From: Candidatus Bathyarchaeota archaeon
GTDB taxonomy: Archaea > Thermoproteota > Bathyarchaeia > Hecatellales > Hecatellaceae
Reading direction: 5' to 3'
Assembly (NCBI GenBank): GCA_052246995.1
Contig: JBQPWD010000006.1
Location: 1-64,000 of the forward strand
DNA length: 64,000 nucleotides
Positions within the stretch are counted from its first letter, which is position 1. Each line of letters opens with the position of its first letter. Under the pieces are notes generated by a model. It worked only from the letters and a program-made list of their open reading frames with translations. It ran no database searches and was not told the DNA's origin. The position numbers were made by a program, and so were the translations under genes. Below, in pieces: positions 56,730 to 64,000 of this stretch.

Positions 56730-58379
56730 TTATAGAAATTTTTGTGCTGCTTCTTCAGCCACTTTTTTTAGTTTTTCTTTCTCTCTGGCTCTTAGCATAT
56801 ACTTCATTTTTTTGCCAGTTGACGTCCAAGGTATCTCTCCAAATTCAACTTCCTTCGGAACCTTAAAATGAGCTAATCGTTCTCTACACCATTGAATAAT
56901 TTCCTCAGCCGTAGCTTTTGCTCCTGGTTTTAATTCGACAAGGGCTTTAGGTACTTCACCCCATTTTTCATCTGGTTTTGCAAATACAGCAACATCCTTA
57001 ACAGCCGGATGTTCGTAGATTACATTTTCAACTTCTATGCTTGCAATGTTTTCACCGCCACTAATGATTATGTCTTTTAACCTATCTACAATTTCAATAT
57101 AACCATCTGGATGAACTACAGCAGCATCTCCGCTATGGAACCATCCTCCCTTGAAGGCTTCTTCTGTCTTCTCATGATCTTTAAAATACCATAACATGAC
57201 ATTGTTACCTTGCATAACAATCTCACCTTGAGTTTTTCCGTCACGCGGGACATCATTCATGTTTTCATCTACAACCCTAACAGGAGTCCAAATAACGTAG
57301 GGCACACCCTGCCTGGCTTTAAGAATTGCACGTTTTTCCAAAGGAAGGCTATTCCACTCACTATGCCATTCACAAACGGTATGTGGACCATAAACTTCTG
57401 TTAAACCGTAAACGTGAACTATTTCTATTCCAATACTTTCAGCATCCCTAATAATTTTTGGAGATGGTGCAGCACCCGCAATAAATCCTCGAATTTTATT
57501 GGGAAATTTAAGGTTGTGCCTTATCATGTATTCTGTTATTGTAAGGTAAACTGTTGGAGCACCACACATATTTGTTACGTTTTCTTCTACAGCAAGTTTA
57601 TAGATAGTTTCGGCCCGTACAGCGTCTAAACATACATGTTTTGCTCCAACAGCGGTTACAGCCCAAACAAAACACCATCCATCACAATGAAACATAGGTA
57701 AAGTCCAGAGGTAAGCACTATCAGAGTTCATTTGGGCTTCAATAACCTCTCCAAGAGCATTTAAGTAGGTTCCACGATGGGTATAAACACATCCCTTAGG
57801 AAGCCCGGTTGTGCCGCTTGTATACACTATGCTTAACATATCCATCTCGTCTTGAACGGGAATATCAAGGGAGTTGCTTGAAGCTTGATTTAAAAAATCT
57901 TCATATTCAACTCCAGGAAGCTCTTTATCTAAACCTTTATCAGGGTCTGGAATGTTTACAATTTCTTTGACAGTTTGCAATTCTCTTATAATTGGTATTA
58001 CGGTTTTTGCATAAGCATGATCAAGAAATAAAATTTTACTTTCAGAATGGTTTAAAATGTATGCAACTTCTTTAGGTGAAAGCCTAACATTGATTGGTAC
58101 GCTAACTCCACCAGCCATTCCAATACCGTAAAAAGCCTCTAACATTGCATTGTTATTTCTACACAACATAGCAACCCTATCATCTTTTTCAATACCTCTT
58201 GTCTTTAGTGCGTTAGCCAGACGGTAGACTCTTTCAGCAAAATCTTTCCATGTATAGCGGACAGTCCTATAAACTACAGCTGTTTTATTTGGGAAAACGT
58301 ACTCGCTTCTTTTAAGAAAGGATAAAGGTGTTAAAGGGTTAAAACATACACGTTTATATTTTTCTTTTATACTTTCCAT
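56730..58379 (-). CDS. Acyl-CoA synthetase (AMP-forming)
   Basis: LTPLSFL, YTSGTTGLPKG, YGLTEVYGP, GWFHSGD, DRLKDIIISGGENI. Confidence 0.94.
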   Translation of the reverse strand: MESIKEKYKRVCFNPLTPLSFLKRSEYVFPNKTAVVYRTVRYTWKDFAERVYRLANALKTRGIEKDDRVAMLCRNNNAMLEAFYGIGMAGGVSVPINVRLSPKEVAYILNHSESKILFLDHAYAKTVIPIIRELQTVKEIVNIPDPDKGLDKELPGVEYEDFLNQASSNSLDIPVQDEMDMLSIVYTSGTTGLPKGCVYTHRGTYLNALGEVIEAQMNSDSAYLWTLPMFHCDGWCFVWAVTAVGAKHVCLDAVRAETIYKLAVEENVTNMCGAPTVYLTITEYMIRHNLKFPNKIRGFIAGAAPSPKIIRDAESIGIEIVHVYGLTEVYGPHTVCEWHSEWNSLPLEKRAILKARQGVPYVIWTPVRVVDENMNDVPRDGKTQGEIVMQGNNVMLWYFKDHEKTEEAFKGGWFHSGDAAVVHPDGYIEIVDRLKDIIISGGENIASIEVENVIYEHPAVKDVAVFAKPDEKWGEVPKALVELKPGAKATAEEIIQWCRERLAHFKVPKEVEFGEIPWTSTGKKMKYMLRAREKEKLKKVAEEAAQKFL

Positions 58380-58667
58380 TATTTTTCCCTACTATTATTG
58401 TATAAAAAACTAAAAAAATTAAGTTTTTTGAGAAAAATCAAATTTTCTTAAACTATAACCATTTTGAAATATACGTGTTTTCTACCAGCTTATGATAGTC
58501 CACTAGCAAGTTTTCATGATTTTACCTTATTAGTTTAGGTTGGGCTTAGAAAGTAAAGAGTAAGTCGGTTATGAGATGGCTTCTAGGAAGTTTACTCATT
58601 TTTTATGGGAAGTTTTAAGTATAACAACTTTAACTTTAAAGTTTATAGCAGATAAGGTGATGTTAAG

Positions 58668-58895
58668 TTGCCCGTGGTGATATATGTCTTAATTGTTTGT
58701 GAAATTGGTAAAGAATCTGAAATCAGGAGTGCGCTAGAAAAGATTAGAGGTGTTACCGAAGCTAGAACAGTTTACGGTGAATATGATGTTGTTGTTAGAC
58801 TTGAAACCCAAAGCCTTAGAGAGCTTGATGAAATAGTAACAAGTATACGTAAAGTTCCAGGTATTGTCAGGACAATAACATTAATTTCAGCTTAA
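58668..58895 (+). CDS. Stand-alone Lrp/AsnC ligand-binding (RAM) domain
   Basis: VYGEYDVVVRLE...IRKVPGIVRTITLI. Confidence 0.9.
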   Translation: MPVVIYVLIVCEIGKESEIRSALEKIRGVTEARTVYGEYDVVVRLETQSLRELDEIVTSIRKVPGIVRTITLISA

Positions 58896-58899
58896 AACT

Positions 58900-59823
58900 T
58901 TAGACATTTACATCCTTAAGCAACTCTTCAAGGCTACCGTACATGCCCTTTGGAACATTTTTTAAAACTTTCTCAACAGCAACCTGTTTTCCAGGTTCTA
59001 AGTCAAAAAGTTTCCATCCATACTTTTTGATAAGCATACTTTTAGAAACGGGAAATTTAACATTCTCTAAAACTTTTTTAAGAGATTCTAGGCCATAGCA
59101 TCCTGTTAATCCTGGAAGGCTACCAGTTTTAACAAGTGTAAGAAATCTTAAAGCATCAGTAAACATTAAAAGATTGTTAAAAAAAACGTAAGCCTCATCA
59201 ACAACCCCCTTAAAATCTTCAACAACACTTAAAAGCTTTTTAAGCTCCCCATCTGAATGCTGATAGTAGTATAACCTTTCACCTAAACCATGAAGACGGA
59301 AATATGCAAAATCCTTAACAAAGATTGGAAACTCCTTTAAAGGATCAACACAATGAGAAACATTAAATTTTTCTAAAATTTTTTTAAGCTTAACTTTAAC
59401 TTCAGGTTTAAACCACTCATCTCCTCTTGTTTCCCAAGCATATTTAAGTTTACCATTCTTTACAGCAAAACTAAAAAACTTTTCAACATTATCTAAAACT
59501 TCCTTAGAGGGTTTTAAAGACCCTGGTGTTTGAATTAAAAGCATTTTAGAGTTTAAATTTTCACATGCCTCACTCATCAACTTTAAAGATTTTAAACAAT
59601 CCTTGGTAGGCTTAAGCCTATGCTTATGACTTATATCCTGGTGAGCCTTTAAAACAAATTCAAAGTCTTCAGGGGCTTCCATTTTCCACTTAGCTAAAAC
59701 TGAAGGTTTAGGGTAATTGTAAAATGTAGAATTAACCTCAACAACCTTAAAAGCTTCATAGTATCTTTTTCTTGCAACTGGAAAACCGCAACAACCAACC
59801 TTTACAATCAAACATTCCACCAA
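58900..59823 (-). CDS. DUF72 family protein with C-terminal extension
   Basis: VGCCGF, EVNSTFY, KAHQDISH, QTP, YFRLHG, FNN. Confidence 0.9.
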   Translation of the reverse strand: MVECLIVKVGCCGFPVARKRYYEAFKVVEVNSTFYNYPKPSVLAKWKMEAPEDFEFVLKAHQDISHKHRLKPTKDCLKSLKLMSEACENLNSKMLLIQTPGSLKPSKEVLDNVEKFFSFAVKNGKLKYAWETRGDEWFKPEVKVKLKKILEKFNVSHCVDPLKEFPIFVKDFAYFRLHGLGERLYYYQHSDGELKKLLSVVEDFKGVVDEAYVFFNNLLMFTDALRFLTLVKTGSLPGLTGCYGLESLKKVLENVKFPVSKSMLIKKYGWKLFDLEPGKQVAVEKVLKNVPKGMYGSLEELLKDVNV

Positions 59824-60197
59824 AAATTCCTAAACAAGAGTATCCTAATTAAATTTACCGAAAAATTCCATTATCTTAAATTTTAAACTTAAACATCGCT
59901 AAAACTTCAATGCGACGTTTACCTTTCCAATCTAAGAAAACTGTTTATTGACTTTGCAATTAATGTGAAAATGTCAAACCTTTCTCATTGTTTCCTAATT
60001 TCTATAGCCACCTTAAGGGAGGTTATAGCTTAAGTTAAAACAGAGATGTATAAAAGAAAACAATTCAGAAAACATTAAAAACTGACCAAAGCATAGAGTA
60101 GAAATTTTGTCGATTATGAGTGTATTTTGCGGATAATTTAAGGTTAGAGAAACGAGGAAGAACAAGATTTAACAATTGGTAGTTTAAGGCTTTTCAG

Positions 60198-60671
60198 TTA
60201 TTCGCTTATATCCTTAACCTCACCGTTTGTTAACTTTTTTATGTCAGCTGGACTTATCTCGAGAAGTACATTAATTTCCCCGCCGCCTCCGATAACTTTA
60301 TCGTACTTCATAACTTTTTCATCGATAAAAGTTTTTATACGCTTTTTATGTCCAACTGGAGGTACACCGCCAACATGGTATCCTGTGACTTCCTTAACCT
60401 CGCTTGGATTAGCCTTCCTAACTTTTTTAGTTTTACATGCTGCTGCAAGCTTTTTTTCACTTACTTTTTTATCTCCAGTAACTATGGCTAGAATGGGTAA
60501 ACCCGCATCATCCATGAAAAGTATGCTTTTTACTATTCTATCACGAGTTACACCTAAACGGTGAACTGCAGCATCCACAGTCATTGTATGTTCTTCAAAC
60601 CTGAAAAACCTTACATTAACATTGTTTCTTTTAAGATAATCCTCCAAAACTTCTAGGGTCAACTGCACCAT
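60198..60671 (-). CDS. YbaK/ProX aminoacyl-tRNA editing domain protein
   Basis: IVKSIL, TGYHVGGVPPVGH, GGG. Confidence 0.9.
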   Translation of the reverse strand: MVQLTLEVLEDYLKRNNVNVRFFRFEEHTMTVDAAVHRLGVTRDRIVKSILFMDDAGLPILAIVTGDKKVSEKKLAAACKTKKVRKANPSEVKEVTGYHVGGVPPVGHKKRIKTFIDEKVMKYDKVIGGGGEINVLLEISPADIKKLTNGEVKDISE

Positions 60672-60797
60672 TCCATCTAAGTTAGTGATAAACCCTTTTT
60701 AATTTTTGCATAACGATAACCATCCCTCCCTATTACACAGTTGTATATTTTAACATAATTTTTAAGCGGGGATGAGTTTGACACCATTTTGCCAAGT

Positions 60798-61478
60798 TTA
60801 AGGAGACTGTAGCCTCTTAAGGTGGGCTTTGATGTACCTTTCTACTTCATCTCTTGGTTGATAAATCCCGAAGTGTCCTTCGCAAAGAATGTCTGATTTT
60901 AAATCGATAAGTTTTTGTAGAGAAGCTTTGGCTTTTTGAGGGTCTGAACCTGGAAGATTGTAAGGACCGTGGACATCTTGTCCAAATAATACTCTTTTTC
61001 CACCAACATCAAGATAGCAGGCTATACTTCCAACAGTATGACCTGGAATGTGTAGGAGCTTTAACTCATACTTTCCGATGGTTAAACTGTCTTCATCCTT
61101 ATCCATCTTTATATCCACTTGACAAGGTTCGTAGCTTACACCATACCATTCAGCACCAACACCTACTCCGCTCTCTATCTTACTTGCATCTAAGCTGTGG
61201 GCTAGTATCTTTGATCCAAATCTTTTTTTAAATTTTGCCAAGGAGCCAATATGGTCGATATGAGCATGTGTTGCAATAACCAGTTTAATATTTTCAGGGT
61301 TAAAACCTAAGCTTTTAACATTTGCTATTAAAGTTTCAAAGCTTTTTCCAACACCAGAATCAATCAAAACCAATTTTTGTTCAGCATTAAGGAGATAGAT
61401 TGAACAATCATCAAAACTGGAAATATTCGACCCTCCAACCTGATAAATGTCCTGCCAAACTTTTACAGCTCTCTTCAT
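60798..61478 (-). CDS. Metallo-beta-lactamase fold hydrolase
   Basis: THAHIDHIG, PGHT.GS, GQDVHG, EGH. Confidence 0.9.
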   Translation of the reverse strand: MKRAVKVWQDIYQVGGSNISSFDDCSIYLLNAEQKLVLIDSGVGKSFETLIANVKSLGFNPENIKLVIATHAHIDHIGSLAKFKKRFGSKILAHSLDASKIESGVGVGAEWYGVSYEPCQVDIKMDKDEDSLTIGKYELKLLHIPGHTVGSIACYLDVGGKRVLFGQDVHGPYNLPGSDPQKAKASLQKLIDLKSDILCEGHFGIYQPRDEVERYIKAHLKRLQSP

Positions 61479-61962
61479 CTTTACACTCCTCTTATTTTAG
61501 CCCTACTATCGTTGTTTTCCTGTCTTTATGTTCAGTTTCTTGATATTTTAGCTTTAACTACCAATATCACATCCAGGAAAAATTTTCACCTGAGTGATGT
61601 TTCTTTTCCAAAGACGGTGAAGATGTGTTTAGGCCTAGGTGGGTTAAATTGGCGTCAAAGTTAGAAAAAACATTGAGTAAGCATGCAGGATTAGAATTAG
61701 AGGTTATGTTCACCAAGGTTTAGGGTTCAAGAACTTTTGGTTGCGTAAAAACTAGTCAAGATTCTAAAAATCTACAATCTTAGAGTTATAAATTTATTGA
61801 GTTGATGAGAGAGAGGGTGATAAATTCATACTTAAAGCTACTAGGTCGTTAAACGAGGCAAAAAGCTTAATTAAAAACTAGTTTGAATTATGTATGTAAA
61901 ATGGAAGGTTACAAACTGTTTAGGAAAAGAAAATAAGGCATGTGGTACTTGTCCATTCCTGT

Positions 61963-62038
61963 GGGGCAGTCGTCTAGCTTGGTCTAGGATCCCAGCCTGG
62001 GGCGCTGGAGGTCGGGGGTTCAAATCCCCCCTGCCCCA
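61963..62038 (+). tRNA. tRNA-Pro(GGG), no intron, CCA not encoded
   Basis: GGGGCAG/CTGCCCC acceptor, CCAGC-CTGGGGC-GCTGG anticodon arm, GGGGG-TTCAAAT-CCCCC. Confidence 0.95.
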
Positions 62039-62093
62039 TCAAAAAAAGAATTCCATCCTTTTCGTTTTTAAACAAATTTATGGCTTGTTTTTA

Positions 62094-62426
62094 TTATGTT
62101 CTCCAAGGAAAGAACCAAGGCATTGTTTCTGCGGGATGAGGTACTTGACCCTTCTCTTTGTATGTTTTACGTTTTTTACGCGTGTCCACCTTTAACACTT
62201 GTATAATTTTCCGGTTAACTATAACTCCCTACTTCTCCGAAAAACCTTTATGATGAAGATAACGTTTGAGGCTTGCCTTTACATCTCTAATTCTAATCGC
62301 ATTGTTTGAATCTTCTATGAGCAGTACATTCCCGTTTATTTTGACTGATGTCTTAAGTTTTGACTGGAGAAATTCAGCTAACTCATCTTTCTTATTTTTT
62401 ATTTCACTAACATCTACAGTTATCAA
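62094..62426 (-). CDS. rpl22e: Ribosomal protein eL22-like, interrupted by an in-frame TAG at 62229-62231
   Basis: ITVDVS...LAEFLQSK...VKASLKRYLHHKGFSEK*GVIVN; the frame stays open for 44 more codons (..KKRKTYKEKGQVPHPAETMPWFFPWRT). Confidence 0.6.
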
Positions 62427-62616
62427 AAATCTTCCTTACAAAAGAATATTAAATTAGAAACCAATAAGGATGTTGTTTGTACAGTAAAGCAAGAAAGGTA
62501 GGAACATGTTTTATCATAGTAGTTATGTCGAAAACAGAATTCTAAAGGTTTAAAGAAGCAACTTTACATTCAAATGGCATAAAAATGCCTATAGTTTCCT
62601 AGAAAAAGTTTAATCT

Positions 62617-63195
62617 TTATCTAATCAACCCTAACGTTGGTTGAATGTTTAGAAAAATTGAGGTTAAACGTTTAAAGTCTAGTTTCTCATAGTTTGTTAA
62701 ACATCCACCAACAGCGAAGGTATATTCAGAGTTCCAAACAATTTTCTGCTCCAAAAACCTGTTAAGCTTTTCTGAGTCTAAACCTACAGCCGTAAAAGAA
62801 TATCTCATCTCCTCCGGATGGATACAAGGCTTACCATCTTCAGCCTTACACCTTTCACAAAGCCTACATTGACCAGCTATAAAACATGTTCCATTAAGCT
62901 CTTTTTCGATTTTTTTACCATACTCATAGGTTAATTTAGCTAAAAACTCCCAGTTTTCTTTGGTTCTACCGTAAACATAAAATAGGTAGACTAAAACGTT
63001 TTTATGTGGAAACTGGTTTATTGTTGGCGCAAAAGGTGGACATGCATAGTTTTTACCGTAGTTTGACTTGTCAACCCTACATCTTTCTCTTACAGTTTCA
63101 TCCGTAATCAAACTCTTTTCCACAAGTAGAAGTTCATAACCTACTTTTCTACCAAACCTAAAAAATTCACCTTTATAACGCTGGTTTACAGCCAT
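62617..63195 (-). CDS. DUF2284 metal-binding protein
   Basis: C...NYGKNYACPP, AGQCRLCERC, PCIHPEEMRYS...GLD. Confidence 0.85.
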   Translation of the reverse strand: MAVNQRYKGEFFRFGRKVGYELLLVEKSLITDETVRERCRVDKSNYGKNYACPPFAPTINQFPHKNVLVYLFYVYGRTKENWEFLAKLTYEYGKKIEKELNGTCFIAGQCRLCERCKAEDGKPCIHPEEMRYSFTAVGLDSEKLNRFLEQKIVWNSEYTFAVGGCLTNYEKLDFKRLTSIFLNIQPTLGLIR

Positions 63196-63434
63196 ACCTA
63201 TAATTAAAGATTATCAATTTTAATAACTTACAAGTTAACTGTAAAGGGCTACTTTGAAGCGTTAAAACATTAGGACGCCAACTATGGTTGCCGTGAAAGT
63301 GGTAGTAGCATGTTTCTGCGTTTCTACTCTAAGATGTAAGTAGAATGAGAATCTAGACTAGAAAACTTAACGTAACTGAAGAAAAGATTCATTAAAAACG
63401 TCTGGTTAACATTAATTCTGAGGAGAATACTTGT

Positions 63435-63935
63435 ATGAGTACTGATGATGTTGTTAAAAAAGTAGGTGACCTAGCCTATTACTATGAGCTTACATATCAT
63501 GGATGTTCACAATGTGTACTAAAGGCTATACAAGATAGTTTGAATGTTGGGGATAACTTAACATTTAAGGCTGCAACAGCATTTGCTGGTGGAATTGCAA
63601 GAGCCGGAGAGGAATGTGGAGCGTTAATGGGGGGAGTTATGGCTATTAGCGTAGTTTATGGAAGGGATAGGCTGGAGGAAACAACAGTATCTGAGGGATA
63701 CCTCAAGGCGATGGAGCTATCAATAAGACTATACGAGGAATTTAAAAAGGAATTTGGAAGCGTAAAGTGTCGCAATATTCAAGAAAAACTATTTGGAAGA
63801 AGCTTTAACCTTAGAAGTGAAGAGGATAGAATGAAGTTTAAAGAAGCAGGAGCATATGGACCATCAGGATGTGCTCAAGTAGTAAGGAAGGGAGCAATGC
63901 TAGCCGCCAAGATAATTTTAGAAAATTTAAAATAA
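63435..63935 (+). CDS. C-GCAxxG-C-C family redox protein
   Basis: GCSQCV, FAGG, ECGALMGG, FGSVKCR, C-terminal C. Confidence 0.9.
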   Translation: MSTDDVVKKVGDLAYYYELTYHGCSQCVLKAIQDSLNVGDNLTFKAATAFAGGIARAGEECGALMGGVMAISVVYGRDRLEETTVSEGYLKAMELSIRLYEEFKKEFGSVKCRNIQEKLFGRSFNLRSEEDRMKFKEAGAYGPSGCAQVVRKGAMLAAKIILENLK

Positions 63936-64000
63936 CCGTTACAAGAAACACTTTATATTGCTATTTAAGGATTCCTGCATGTAAAAGTACGTAGAAAATG

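Noticed and set aside
63435-63935. C-GCAxxG-C-C protein as a possible selenoprotein
   Set aside because: All motif positions are ordinary Cys codons and the ORF is uninterrupted.

Overview
AT-rich archaeal chromosome segment. The gene set (eL22-like protein, eL20/L18a, Hef, GPN-loop GTPase, PGI/PMI, intron-containing tRNAs) suggests a TACK archaeon, probably Bathyarchaeia; this is inference. The left ~19 kb is accessory. It holds the start of a type I-B cas operon (cas6, and cas8b running off the window) with a solitary CRISPR-like repeat upstream, a NifX/DUF5320/DUF134 cluster, a stand-alone herA-nurA pair, two paralogous coiled-coil repeat proteins, and a ~10 kb island at tRNA-Phe bounded by an att-like direct repeat (three VapBC loci, rml/wecB sugar genes, possible integrase remnant). 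19-52 kb is mostly housekeeping: cca, thpR, mgtE, rnz, trm11, prs, trpS, pheST, argF, ftsY, pfdA, SRP RNA, tmk, hef. 52-64 kb is mixed: Mrp, thiolase/DUF35/acyl-CoA synthetase, tRNA-Pro. Most notable: (i) a non-permuted SRP RNA gene with a 29-nt BHB-type intron candidate in the SRP54-binding helix 8, whose removal exactly restores the CCC-GNRA-GGG hairpin; (ii) an unassigned ~127-nt structured RNA between pheT and argF; (iii) a promoter-preceded single CRISPR repeat before cas6; (iv) an eL22-like gene with an in-frame TAG. All calls come from reading the sequence by eye; no database searches were run.
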